Part shown: positions 11,814 through 24,118 of the stretch, piece by piece
How positions within the stretch are numbered: the first letter of the stretch is position 1
How the letters are laid out: each line of letters opens with the position of its first letter
NCBI RefSeq assembly: GCF_006345805.1
Contig: NC_043020.1
Coordinates: 29,140,001 to 29,204,000, forward strand
DNA from: Octopus sinensis
Lineage: Eukaryota
Direction of reading: 5' to 3'
Length of the DNA stretch: 64,000 nt
Translations under genes and position numbers: made by a program
The notes under the pieces: generated by a model
Database searches by the model: none
What the model was told of the DNA's origin: nothing
Seen by the model: the letters and a program-made list of their open reading frames with translations, nothing else

Positions 11814-11892
11814 TCTCATTTTGTGAGCTCAAATGGTTTTTCTTTTCCGTATTCACCATGTGCAAAACACTTGAAGTGCAAAGCTGTAAATC
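11814..11892 (-). CDS. PRKN: Parkin-like exon: end of Ubl (Ser65-equivalent) plus short linker
   Basis: Acceptor tttttttttattgggtcgtttcag, donor GAG A|gtaagt. Encodes DLQLCTSSVLHMVNTEKKNHLSSQNE, aligning with human NCDLDQQS65IVHIV. Phase 0 to phase 1, as in human exon 3. Confidence 0.8.
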
Positions 11893-12009
11893 CTGAAACG
11901 ACCCAATAAAAAAAAAAAGAACAGCAAAGGTCAAAGGTTAACCAACACAGCAACTTCTTACAACATCATATGTTGGGTTGTTGGATAAAGTCGTTCACTT
12001 CTTTTAGGC

Positions 12010-12315
12010 ACTGTGGAGGCACAATGGCCTAGTGGTTAGGGCAGTGGACTTGCAGTTGTAGGATCGTGGTTTCGATTCCAAGACCAGGGGTTGTGAGTGT
12101 TTATTGAGCGAAAACACCTAAAGCTCCACGAGGCTCCGACAGGGTGTAGTGGTGATCCCTACTGTACTCTTTCGCCACAACTTTCTCTCACTCTTTCTTC
12201 TGTTGGCCTGCCCGCTTAGCCAGCGGGGTGGCGTCATTTGAAGGCTGAAACAATGTGAAGCGCATTGTGACCAGCGATGTATAGCAACATCTGATAGCCT
12301 GGGCAGTCACGGTGG
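12010..12315 (+). mobile_element. tRNA-derived SINE (family C), full length
   Basis: ggaggcacaatggcctagtggttagggcag head through ...gtcacggtg end. Confidence 0.85.
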
Positions 12316-12339
12316 TATATATATATATATATATATATA

Positions 12340-12900
12340 TATTGGGTTATCCCATAAATAATGTAGTTTTTTTATACTTCTTTTATTTTTCAAGATTAAG
12401 ATAAACAAAGTTCTTTTTTATTCTAAAATATACTCTCCTTCATTTTCTACAATGCTCTTCCATCTCTCTGATAGACTTGCAAGGCCCCTCTTCCAAAATT
12501 CACTTGTCCATAATGAAAAATACTCTTCCAGTACTGTTATGACCTCATCTACAGAATTCATATTTTATCTGTGCAAATGATTTGGAAGATTACAGAATAA
12601 ATGATAATCAGATGGGTCAACGTCCAGTGAATATGGTGGGTGAGGCATCGTTTCCCATTCAAATTGTTCCAGTCTTTGGAATGTCATCCTCGCTGTATGC
12701 GGCCGAGCTTTATCCTGATGGAAGAACACCTTTCGTCATGAAACCAAAGAAGGTTAATGAAAATAACACTGGAAAGGATTAAACGAAGAAATGAATTCGT
12801 CTGGTGACCGAATTAATTTAATTGAGGAAAACTTGAAGTTGATTATAGCTAAGGTCGAAAGAGAAAGAAATTAGTTGACTTCCTGTGGCCCACTGCAATG
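12340..12900 (-). mobile_element. Mariner transposase 3' remnant with TIR
   Basis: FHQDKARPHTAR...HPPYSLDVDPSDYHLF...RWKSIVENEGEYILE*; TIR tattgggttatcccataaataatg next to (TA)n; contains stops. Confidence 0.85.
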
Positions 12901-13224
12901 AAGTGTCTTGCTGAAGGAAATAATTGAAGACTGAAAGTGATGTTGTAAGAGCTTTCTTGTTAAAAATACATGCAGACATTTAATGTAATTAATTAAAGTG
13001 ACCTCATCACCATCACCATCACCAAGATGCCCTTTAGATAAAGTGGCAAAAACAAGGACAATTCGTGTGTGTGTGTGTAGTGTATATAAGAGGTTATATT
13101 TCAAATCAAAGCACACTTAGGAGATGCAGGTTCAAGTCACACCGGCAGCCTCCAATTATTATTTCTTTATCCAAAAGAGTTTTCCAACCCAATATTTACC
13201 TGTTATTATTTATAACATTAATTA

Positions 13225-13445
13225 AGGTGGCAAACTGGCAGAATCATTAGCACACTGGACGAAATGCTTAGCGGTATTTCGCACATCATTTCGTTCTGAG
13301 TTCAAATTCCGCCAAGGTCAACTTTGCCTTTCATCCTTTCGGGGTCGGTAAATTAAGTACCAGTTATGCAATGGGGTCGATGTAATTGACTTATCCCCTA
13401 CCCCAAAATTTCAGACCTTATGCCAATAGTAGAAAGGATTATTTA
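13225..13445 (+). mobile_element. Family B SINE
   Basis: ggtggcaaactggcagaatcattagc...gagttcaaattccgccaaggtcaactttgcctttcatcc. Confidence 0.85.
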
Positions 13446-14909
13446 TGACATTAAGTGTGTGCTTTCAAATATTACAAAAAAAAAAAAAAAAAAAAAAGAA
13501 TTAGTTGACATTTTCTCAAATGACTTGAGTGGTGGGTGGATGGCATGTTGGGAGGATAAGCCCAACATTTCCGCTGCATGTCATAAAAGACAAGTAAAGG
13601 AAGTTGGGGGGTGGGATTCACATTCCAGCAACAACCACCCAAACACTCTCTGCAGCTTTAGTACAGGCTCTGTGAGCAAGATTTCATCTCAGAACCTCGG
13701 CAGGTACAACCATGAACAACCAAAGCACCATTGACTTACAAGACTGGCAATGACAAACATCTTTGAAAATATCTTTGAAAATATCTTTGCCTTCAAAGCA
13801 ACACAAGAAGTCAGAGGCAGGTAAATAAGAAGAGCCCTAAACAATGAAACAAATAAACAACATTTGCCATTATAAAAAAAAAACCATTGTTTTCTGTGTG
13901 TCTGAATGTGAAAGTTGTACAACTTTCTGACGGTGACTGTTTCTGAAAGTATGTTGAGATCCTGTGTGCTGTGCACATACCCAGCAGACAAACTAGACTG
14001 TCACAGTATACATCATATAGGATATATACTGACACAGCTGCTACTGACACCAATGAAATTATCAACTCCACCTTATTCGCACTCACTCTTTACAAACTAA
14101 GCAAAATGTTGAACAGGAAACATTTGAAATTTAATAACAAAACACGCTTGTTTTTCTTTTCTTAGAATATTTGAAAACCATTTTCACTTTTGTATTACAC
14201 AGACAGACATTGTGTTTGAGACCTCAGTAACTCCATCTTACACTCACTATTTACACCACGCGATCACATTACTGACCAGGCTATCGAATGTTATTATACA
14301 TCGCTGGTCACAATGCATTTTGCAATTTTTTTAGCCCTCAAATGACACCACCCCGCTGGCTACGCAAGCAGGCCACACTCTTTACATGGTAAGCGAAATG
14401 TTAAACATGTAGCATTTAAAATTTAATAGCAATACACTTTCTGTTGTGTCTGGGGAGAGTCATTTTCTTTTCATGCCTTATAATTTAACACACTCACCGG
14501 TAAAATTTCCACTTATTTCTTATTTCTATTTTCCTAAAATTTTTGTTGCGTCTTGCAACCTTTTCAATAGTCTTGACTCTGTCTATTATTTAAACCAAAT
14601 CCAAAAACGAAATAAAACAATACACTTGTTTCTCTTTTCTTAGAATATTTGAAAGTTATTTGCATTTTTATATTACACTGACATGTGTACACACATTATA
14701 CAATACCCGACGAAGAGAATCTAGAGTTAATAGCAAAATCTTCTCAAATCACATCCTATCACCTTAAAAAAAGGAGGTTATTTTGAATAGTGTTGTCAAA
14801 GATACCCTAAAGATTATATTTTTAAATATATATCTGCTTCATCAGAATTCACACAAGGCAAAATAACAAAGTGCATGCACACACATCTGTATGTATGTAT
14901 GCATGTATA

Positions 14910-14969
<60 letters not shown>

Positions 14970-15009
14970 CTTTTCTACAGATCAAGCAGAGCCATCTACC
15001 TGAAGGGAC

Positions 15010-15370
15010 TTATGAAAGTAGGAGAACTGGCTTGCATACCTGAAACTTCTCTAGTTCTGGTAGTGATTCAGCTATAAGGACAAAGTCATCAGCATAGAGG
15101 AGCTCCCAGGCGGCACATAAAAAGCATCTTTCAAGTGTTGGGCCTCACGGAGACAAGGTGGCAGATGCTGGTGGCACATGAAAAGCACCCTTTGAGAGTC
15201 GGGCCTCACAGAGGCAATAATGAATGATTGAGACCTTTGGCATCGTACTGTGCCTGAGAAGAAGATCCATCAAAGCAAGTAAAATTACAGTTGTGACAGA
15301 TACTGGTGTCACACAAATGGCACTCATGCTGGTGGCACACAAATGGCACTCATGCTGGTGGCACACAAAA
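15010..15370 (-). mobile_element. RTE LINE reverse-transcriptase fragment and adjacent family D repeats
   Basis: WELLYADDFVLIAESLPELEKFQV (YADD motif); ggtggcacataaaagcac repeats. Confidence 0.7.
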
Positions 15371-15879
15371 TCACCTTAAACAAAAAATACTAGGGTTGAT
15401 TTGTTTGACTAAACCCTTCAAGGCAATGCTCCAGCATGGACGCAGTCTAATGACTGAAACAAAATTGGGTTGAATTCTGCTTTTAGCACCCCATATAAAC
15501 CCTCATAACGGTTTTTTTATTTTTTGGAATTTGTAGAAATTTTTTGCAAATATATGGGAATTCATATAATTATTTTAAAAACTTAAAATTTTGTCTCTTG
15601 TGCGATTTAAGGGTGATTTAGCTGTTGTTTTTAGCACATCCCACGACCAGCTGACACCTTCCTTGTTTCTTTGTCACACAGATATGTATTGATGTTTTCA
15701 AAATTTTTCTCCCCACAAACACGTTTTATGGAATGATGATGCACTCACGGGAGATCCATTGCTGGGATTTAAGCAAATCATTTGGACCGACCATATTTTA
15801 AACTCTGATATTAAAAAAGAAATTCGGAAAAGAATGGAACTTGAGGCGGGGTGAGAATTATGATTTTTTTTAGCCCCGG

Positions 15880-15937
15880 GCCAACCAGTGCCTTGTGAGT
15901 AGATTTGGTAGACGGAAACTGAAAGAAGCCCGTCGTA

Positions 15938-15984
<47 letters not shown>

Positions 15985-16190
15985 TTATGTGTCTGTGTTT
16001 GTCCCCCCACCATTGCTTGACAACCGATGCTGGTGTGTTTACGTCCCCGTCACTTAGCAGTTCGGCAAAAGAGACCGATAGAATAAGTACTGGGCTTACA
16101 AAAGAATAAGTCCCGGGGTCGAGTTGCTCAATTAAAGGCGGTGCTCCTGCATGGCCACAGTCAAATGACTGAAACAAGTAAAAGAGTATA
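15880..16190 (+). mobile_element. 5'-truncated family A SINE inside old inverted-repeat element (about 15490-16290)
   Basis: Family A core and tail; diverged inverted arms at about 15490-15580 and 16190-16290. Confidence 0.8.
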
Positions 16191-16559
16191 ATCGTATGAA
16201 TTCCCATGTGTAGAACACATATTCGCAAAAATTTTCTGAAAATTCAAAACAAAATAAAAGTTACGAGAATGCTTAAACAAAAATTTGGCCCAAAACTGAA
16301 GAATGTGAGAGGGCGCTAAACTGCAAACAAATTGTTGTTCAGTTTAGTCCCCGACCAAGCTCAATCGAGCAGGATTATGATAATGCATTCAAACTGTGAT
16401 AATTCCGTTGTTTTGGGATATTCTTGTTGTTTTCTTTCGTTTCCTTGTACAGAACTACGCCTGTGTCATGACGTGGGGGAAGGGCTATGGGGGTTGAAAA
16501 GTTGAAAATATAGTAACGAAAGGGTTAAAGGAAGGCATATATAAAATGCCGTGGAACCA

Positions 16560-17180
16560 TAGTTGAAACATGTGAAGAAGGCCGGTGTCATCAAAACTAA
16601 GAATTGTGTAATGAAAGAAAAATTTGAAGAAGAAATGAACATAAAAAAAGAAAGAGCATGAAAGGAGAAAAAAAATGTATGTTCAGTTTGAAAGAGATGT
16701 GAACAGCAAGACAGATACAGTGGACTGGTGGCTATGGATGAGGAGGAGTGACCTGAAGATAGAGACAGAAGGACTCATATGCGCAGCTCAAGAACAAGCA
16801 TTAAGGACCAACTACATGAAGTGCAGAATAGACAAGACTACCAACAACAAATGCAAAATGTGTGATGAGAGGGGTGAAACAGTATGGCATATCATTAGTG
16901 AATGCCTGGAATTGGCACTATGTGAATACAAAAGACAACATGACAATGTGGCAAGAATGATCCATTGGGCTTCCAGACAGACAAGGTGTTAGAGCAGTAC
17001 CAGGAGATCAACATATTATCCTGAAAGAAGGAGAAAAGATCGATAAATATGGAGACCTGAGGATTGGGATGGCCAAGGTGACAGCTACGAGAGTCAAATA
17101 TAAAGGTTGTTCCTATTGTCATCGGAACATTGGGTTCAATACCACCCAACCTGAAGAAATATCTGGAAACTTTAGAAATA
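16560..17180 (+). mobile_element. R4/Dong-type (RLE) non-LTR retrotransposon 3' fragment
   Basis: ETEGLICAAQEQALRTNY...CKMCDERGETVWHIISEC (CCHC knuckle); IVIGTLGSIPPNLKKYLE; ends at ataataat. Confidence 0.8.
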
Positions 17181-17347
17181 ATAATGATGTACGTCTGTTG
17201 ACCACAAAGGGTTTACATCAAGTAAAACATGATGGACAGTACAAGGTAAATAGAAGGAATGTGTCTGTGTGTTGGTTATGTGTATAAACAGGCCTAACAT
17301 AATAAAAATAAATGATTTAACAATGTATGATGATAATAATAATAATA

Positions 17348-17382
<35 letters not shown>

Positions 17383-17563
17383 AGGCACAAGGCCTGAAAT
17401 TTGGGGGAGGGGATGAGTCGATTACATCGACGCCAGTGCGTCACTGGTACTTAATTTATCGACCCCCGAAAGAATGAAAGGCAAAGTCGACCACGGTGGC
17501 ATTTGAACTCAGAACGTGGTGACAGACGAAATGTCGCTAAGCATTTCGTCCAGCGTGCTAACG

Positions 17564-17603
<40 letters not shown>

Positions 17604-17946
17604 TAATAATCTACGTCTATTAAGCACAAAGGATTTACATCAAGAAAAAACATTATAGACAGTACAAGATAAAGACAAGGAATGTGTGTGATTGTGTGCT
17701 GTGGTGAAGGTTTTGGGTGTAAACAAGTTTAACGTAATAAAGATGAACTGATTCAACGATATATAATGATGACGACGATGATGATGATGAGGAGGAGGAT
17801 TTCTTTATTGACCACAAGGGGCTTTTTACATTAAGAAAAACATGGAGAGTACAGAACAAAACAAAGAATGTGTGTGTGTGTTGTAGTGAGGGCGTTTGCG
17901 TGTGAACAAGATCAACGTAATGGGAGGAAGATAGTAAGAGACTGAC

Positions 17947-18150
17947 CTTTAACAATACTTCGTTCTTTAAGACAGAACCAGCGTAAATAATCTTGTATTT
18001 CTCGATGGATTCCGTTTTGTGCAAGAAAAAATTAACTGCGATGGGTAGGAAACTGCTAACGGTCATATTATTACCGACCAGTAAACTATTCGTTCTCTCT
18101 TGGTAGCAGACACTTACTTCGAAAGAACCGGTCTGACCTTTATGGGCCAT
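17947..18150 (-). CDS. PRKN: Parkin-like E3 ligase, first coding exon (ubiquitin-like domain)
   Basis: Encodes MAHKGQTGSFEVSVCYQERTNSLLVGNNMTVSSFLPIAVNFFLHKTESIEKYKIIYAGSVLKNEVLLK. KIIYAGSVLKNEVLLK aligns in register with human parkin RVIFAGKELRNDWTVQ (42-57). Ends phase 0 at AAG|gtcagt, the same position as human exon 2. ATG context caaaacATGG; alternative in-frame ATG at 18219. Confidence 0.8.
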
Positions 18151-18431
18151 GTTTTGGTACGGTTGTTGTACGGGTGAGAGGTTAAGTTGATTCGAGCCTT
18201 GCTTTCCGTGGCGAAGCATAAAGCGTAGAAGTTTCGGCAGGTGCCCGTCGACGTGTTTTATGTCATTGGAGGGGGAAATTGTGTAAGAGTTGGCGAAGGA
18301 CGTAGAGTTATCTCCCTTGTCGTGGCCGCTTCCTTATCAACGTAATCGTAGACCAGGGTCACATCCTGGAGGTGCGGGCGATGCGAGGTGGATACTTCTG
18401 TAAGGAGGAGGTGGAGGAGGAGAGTGGGTCA

Positions 18432-18688
18432 AAATATGTTGGGTACTACTTGAGAACAGTGGTTCCGGTGCACGCACTCGCGTATCCGTGCTAGCTAGTC
18501 GTGACTAGTCGATCCTTTGTGTTTTTGTGTGTTATTTACTTTGTTTAATAAATTATTTATTTTGTGTTTTTGGTGTTTTATTTACTTTGCTAGGTAGTCG
18601 TTGTGGGATGCGCGAGTACGCGACTGCGCGCACCGAGACCACTGTTCGCTAGCAGTACCAAAAATATGTCGAATGTAGAGGGTTAAGG
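18432..18688. mobile_element. Degenerate inverted-repeat MITE (piggyBac-like right end)
   Basis: atatgttgggtactacttgagaacagtggttccggtgcacgcactcgcgta matches the reverse complement of 18610-18670; right end agagggttaa. Confidence 0.6.
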
Positions 18689-19389
18689 GCTGTTCAAAAT
18701 CACACACTAGGCCGCTGTAGACCAAGGTCAGTCCTGACTGAGCAAGATTAATGATTAAAGATGTTCCTACTCTTGCGTATTCCTGCCTTTTACATTAAGT
18801 ATGAATGTATATAATATATGTGAGTGTATATCTATATATGTGTGTGTGTATCTATATATGTGTGTATATATCGTCGAGCAATTTATATTACATAATATGA
18901 CTCAATATTATCGTCGATTTCCCGCCAGACAGGCAGTATACATGGGTGCTCCCGTGTGTGTGTGTGTGTAAGTACACTGTCTGCTGTATTTATCATGCTT
19001 TTCATTTTTCTATTTTTAGGATAGTAACGTGCGATTTCAAGAAAATCTGTCTGTTGTTTCTAGGAATTTAAACGTCCGCCAATATGCTTTTAGCTGATTC
19101 GTTGCCGCTGATAATGACGTCTCACTACCGTCGCACACACACCATAGACACTATCGATGTCTGATAAGGAACCAATTATTTCAGCTGACAAAGTCGTTCA
19201 CCCGCGGGACAAAATGATTGGCAGAATGCCTTCGGGCTGTTTACGTTCTAAATTTAAACGCAGCCGATATCGATTTTACCTGTCATCCCATGGTGGTAGA
19301 TAAAATAAGTACCAGTTGCACACTGGGGTCAATGTCACCGACCTGGCACCTCTCGCCAAATTTCAAGTCTTGTACCTATAGTAGAAAGG

Positions 19390-19431
<42 letters not shown>

Positions 19432-19989
19432 GAGTGGGAGAGCAGTGCATGCCATCAAAGTGACACTGGGGTAAAATATACGAAGCCCAGTATACCCATC
19501 ATGACTACTCGTCTGATAAGGGTACACCAGGCACATGCATCACAACCATATGTGCGTGACATGGTGATCTCACATCAAGATAAATAGCGCATGACCTTGC
19601 AGGTGGGGCCCAGTTAGAATTTTCTTCTGGTCAGGTAGCCCATTCCGCTCAAAAGGTCCCTGAATAAGGGTTGTTTAAGGATGTTGAACAAAACACCCAT
19701 GTTTCCAGACGTGAATTATCCAAACCCCAAAGAATCCCTCTCAACACATGGCTATGATGCTCCCCCACTACTTCTGCTCGTGATCAGAGATGCACATATC
19801 GCCAGCCACTAAGGGACTTGGTCAACTGGTTACGGTCAAACAACTGACAAGTAAATCTGTGGTATTGAGCAGAATATTTGCTGTAGCCCATCTTTTACAC
19901 CAAGACAAAACAATGTACATGATAACACTTCCAATCAGTTAAGATGAGAAGCCACGAGAGCCACTGCCTGGTACTGCATCAGGGCATTT
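19432..19989. mobile_element. About 560-bp non-coding interspersed element in (TAA)n, copy 1
   Basis: Flanked by (ATT)n on both sides; duplicated 608 bp downstream. Confidence 0.75.
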
Positions 19990-20005
19990 ATTATTATTAT
20001 TATTA

Positions 20006-20039
<34 letters not shown>

Positions 20040-20592
20040 GAGTGGGAGAGCAGTGCATGCCATCAAAGTGACACTGGGGTAAAATATACGAAGCCCAGTA
20101 TACCCATCATGACTACTCGTCTGATAAGGGTACACCAGGCACATGCATCACAACCATATGTGCGTGACATGGTGATCTCACATCAAGATAAATAGCGCAT
20201 GACCTTGCAGGTGGGGCCCAGTTAGAATTTTCTTCTGGTCAGGTAGCCCATTCGCTCAAAAGGTCCCTGAATAAGGGTTGTTTAAGGATGTTGAACAAAA
20301 CACCCATGTTTCCAGACGTGAATTATCCAAACCCCAAAGAATCCCTCTCAACACATGGCTATGATGCTCCCCCACTACTTCTGCTCGTGATCAGAGATGC
20401 ACATATCGCCAGCCACTAAGGGACTTGGTCAACTGGTTACGGTCAAACAACTGACAAGTAAATCTGTGGTATTGAGCAGAATATTTGCTGTAGCCCATCT
20501 TTTACACCAAGACAAAACAATGTACATGATAACACTTCCAATCAGTTAAGATGAGAAGCCACGAGAGCCACTGCCTGGTACTGCATCAGGGC

Positions 20593-20596
<4 letters not shown>
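20040..20596. mobile_element. Same element, copy 2
   Basis: Matches copy 1 except a 1-nt deletion (cattccgctc versus cattcgctc). Confidence 0.75.
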
Positions 20597-20629
<33 letters not shown>

Positions 20630-21025
20630 GGGTGACCATAACAAAAATGATTAGAGTGAGTGGCCCTACTCTAAGTATGCACCTAATACATTGGAGAGCA
20701 TGAGAGATGCTTGGTTTTTGGCGGTCAGGATAATCCTGGTTCTCTGGTGTCCCTTAATTGACCCTAACTGGTGTTTCTCCTATATCAGGAGGGCGGGATC
20801 TTTCGTATATCACAGATACTTTTGTTGCCCTTCACCAACTTTTCTATTTCTTTCTCCCCATCTTTTATGTAAACCCTCACGCAAATTGTTGCCTGTTCTT
20901 GACATGTCCTCGTCAGCTATGCACCCCCCCTTATTAACATTAAGACTTTACCTTTCATCCTTTATATAGTTCATCTTATATATATTATCCCAACTGGACA
21001 ATTTTATCCTATATACTCATATATA

Positions 21026-21093
<68 letters not shown>

Positions 21094-21180
21094 TATGTAG
21101 GTCCCGGGTTGAGTCGGGGTTAACCACAGTAAATAAGGTACTCAATACATTGCAGAGTGAAGTAATTTATTTTATAGAAG

Positions 21181-21233
21181 GAGCTTCTACAGGACTAGAA
21201 CTGTTTCATTCAGATGAAATCTTCAGGAAGCTC
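21181..21233 (-). ncRNA. Type I hammerhead ribozyme motif (inverted copy)
   Basis: Exact reverse complement of 21235-21287. Confidence 0.75.
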
Positions 21234-21234
21234 T

Positions 21235-21287
21235 GAGCTTCCTGAAGATTTCATCTGAATGAAACAGTTCTAGTCCTGTAGAAGCTC
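21235..21287 (+). ncRNA. Type I hammerhead ribozyme motif
   Basis: GAGCUUC-CUGAAGA-UUUCAUCUGAAU-GAAA-CAG(UUCUAGUC)CUG-UA/GAAGCUC: 7-bp stem I, intact core, GUA cleavage triplet. Confidence 0.75.
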
Positions 21288-21291
21288 CTTC

Positions 21292-21334
<43 letters not shown>

Positions 21335-21369
21335 GTGTGTGTGTGTGTATGATATACATATATATATAT

Positions 21370-21560
21370 AGTTAATCCAAACAAGAAAACACAAAAAAAC
21401 ACAACAACGCGAGGACGTGGAACAAATATAGTATTATTGGATGTTCAGGAAAGAAGGAGGGTATAACGTTTCGAGCGGAGCTCTTCGTTGGAAACATAGG
21501 AGAAGGAAAGATCCAGAGAAGGGAAGACAGAGGAAAAAAAAAAAATCGCCAACGGTACAC
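21370..21560 (-). mobile_element. Penelope-type pLTR fragment (second family; also 35400-35590)
   Basis: Shared gttaatccaaacaagaaaacac...gtttcgagcggagctcttcg block; hammerhead-like GAGC/GCTC-GAAACG. Confidence 0.55.
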
Positions 21561-21616
21561 ACGAGGTCACATTTTGAAATACATATACATTTTGATAATA
21601 TATATACATTTTGATA

Positions 21617-21648
<32 letters not shown>

Positions 21649-21849
21649 TTACACATACACACACACAATGCTAGTAAGATAATGATATAAAGGCGAAGGG
21701 ATAACCAGAAAGAGAAGGGGCAGGGGTGGCTTAACATATAATGATTATCAACTAAAAGGGGCTTAAAATGGAAAACAAAGGGGTCACATTGAGATCTGAT
21801 AGTGGGAATTAGGAATATAGTCTATAGAAATTACACCAGTATATATACT

Positions 21850-22265
21850 CTCTTTACTCTTTACTCTTTTACTTGTTTCAGTCATTTGACTGCAGCCATG
21901 CTGGAGCACCGCCTTTAGTCGAGCAAATCGACCCCGGGACTTATTCTTTGTAAGCCCAGTACTTATTCTATCAGTCTCTTTTGCCGAACCGCTAAGTGAC
22001 GGGGACGTAAACACACCAGCATCGGTTGTCAAGCAATGCTAGGGGGACAAACACAGACACACAAACATATACACACACACTTATATATATATACATATAT
22101 ACGACAGGCTTCTTTCAGTTTCCGTCTACCAAATCCACTCACAAGGCATTGGTTGGCCCGGGGCTATAGCAGAAGACACTTGCCCAAGATGCCACGCAGT
22201 GGGACTGAACCCGGAACCATGTGGTTAGTTAGCAAGCTACTTACCACACAGCCACTCCTGTGCCT
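21850..22265 (-). mobile_element. Full-length family A SINE
   Basis: tRNA-like head, conserved core, internal (TA/CA), (GAGTAAA)n tail. Confidence 0.9.
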
Positions 22266-22734
22266 ATATATGAAGGTATAATAATAATAATAATGAAATT
22301 ATTGTATACAGTGCTCAGGTGCACCACAACTTGTCAGAAAGTGCATATAAAGTACATGCAGTAATGTAGAAATGTCTGGAAAGCGAACAATGTATGAATC
22401 AGATACATGCTTGTGTGTGTATGGAGGGGAGAAAGATCAGGTGTAGTGTTGGCGAATCTCAGGAAGCATATGCAAAATATAATAAGAGGATATAAAGAAT
22501 AAATAAAATAAAGCGGAACAAAAGGAAAACATATTTGAATAAATTTCTAAAGAGGAATTTATAAAATGAAAAAAAGAAACAAACTAGCAAAAAAAATTTA
22601 TATAACAAATGTCATACAATATGTACCAGATATAAAAAGAGGGATAAAGGATAAAAAATAAGGATAAGTCAAGGTATTCATAACAAAAGTAATTAGCTAA
22701 TTACTACAGGTATAAATGTACCTGTAATAATCAC

Positions 22735-23015
22735 ATGACCGACCAGTCCATCAGATGTAGTTACACATCGCTGGTCACAATGCGTTTGCATTGTTTTAGC
22801 CTTCGAACGACGCCACCCCGCTGGCTAAGCGAGCAGATCAATAGAAGAAAGAGTGGTGAAAGAGTACAGCAGGGATCGCCACTCCCTGCCGGAGCCTCGT
22901 GGAGCTTTTAGGTGTTTTCGCTCAATAAACACACACAACGCCCGGTCTGGGAATCGAAACCACGATCCTACGACCACGAGTCCGCTGCCCTAACCACTGG
23001 GCCATTGCACCTCCA
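22735..23015 (-). mobile_element. Family C SINE
   Basis: Intact A box TGGCCCAGTGG and B box GTTTCGATTCCC. Confidence 0.85.
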
Positions 23016-23239
23016 CACCTGTAATAATATATCTCACAAATACCTTATAAAGCCATTTCCAATGGTATCCTTATCTTTCTTTTTTTTTTTTTGATTACTT
23101 TTTAATTACCTTTAGTTATGAATACCTTGGCTGTCTGATATTTCAAACATATAGCCTAGTCCCCCCCCCCCCGCATAGTTAATCAGGTTGTCCACGAGGG
23201 AGTCATACCCAACGATTGGTGTAGCAGCATCATAGTCAA

Positions 23240-23636
23240 CTGCTACAAAGGCAAAGGGGACATATCTTAGGCAGAAATAATCACAGAGGCATCAAATTGC
23301 TGGACCAGGTGATGAAAGTCACAAGAAAGGGTCATGGCTCAATTAATTAGGGAGAGATTAATTAGTGTGGATGAGATGCAGTTCAGATTTGTACCAGGCA
23401 GGAGCATGACTGATGCTATGTTCCTGATTAGGCAACTGCAAGAGAAATGTCTAACCAAAACTAAATCCTGTACCTGGCTTTTGTCAACATTGAGAAAGCC
23501 TTCGACAGAGTCTCCCACTCCTTTATCTGGTGGTCAATGGGGAAACTAGGGACAGGTGAGTGGTTAGTGAGAGCTGTGCAAGCCATAGACAGGGATGCTG
23601 TCAGTAAGGTGAAGGTTAGCAACAAGTACAGCAAGG
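23240..23636 (+). mobile_element. RTE LINE reverse-transcriptase fragment
   Basis: VDEMQFRFVPGRSMTDAMFLIRQLQEK...FVNIEKAFDRV; frameshifted. Confidence 0.85.
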
Positions 23637-23809
23637 TAATATTAGACCTGTTGGTGCCAGTGTTGTATGTGTTCTATATGCCATTGTAATCTATGGCAAC
23701 TTAAATTTTGATTAGCTTGTGATCTACATCCAAGATTCTGTTATAAATTTGCGATTATAATTAGAGGAATGAGTTAAACATTTAAAAGATAAAAGAAAAG
23801 TGTTTATTG

Positions 23810-24118
23810 ACTGCCGGTGGCACGTAAAAAGCACCATCCGTTCGTGGCCGTTGCCACCCTCGCCTGGCCCCCGTGCTGGTGGCACGTAAAAAGCACCATC
23901 CGTCCGTGTCCGTTTGCCAGCTCCGTCTGGCACCTGTGCGGGTGGCACGTAAAAAGCACCCACAACACTCACGGAGTGGTTGGTGTAAGAAGGGCATCCA
24001 GCCGTAGAAACACTGCCAGATCAGACTGGGGCCTGATGCAGCCTTCTGGCTTCACAGACCCCAGTTGAACCGTCCAACCCATGCTAGCATGGAAAGCGGA
24101 CGCTAAGTGAGGATGATT
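23810..24118 (+). mobile_element. Family D (RTE-like 3' tail) element
   Basis: Three ggtggcacgtaaaaagcacc units, then the 3' tail. Confidence 0.7.

Noticed and set aside
15749-15804. 56-nt AG/GT-bounded candidate exon inside the parkin intron
   Set aside because: Its only open frame is phase 1 to 0, incompatible with the flanking parkin exons, and it lies within an old inverted-repeat element.
22940-23015. tRNA-like sequence with intact A/B boxes (and other SINE heads)
   Set aside because: Continuous with SINE bodies and no complete cloverleaf; not tRNA genes.
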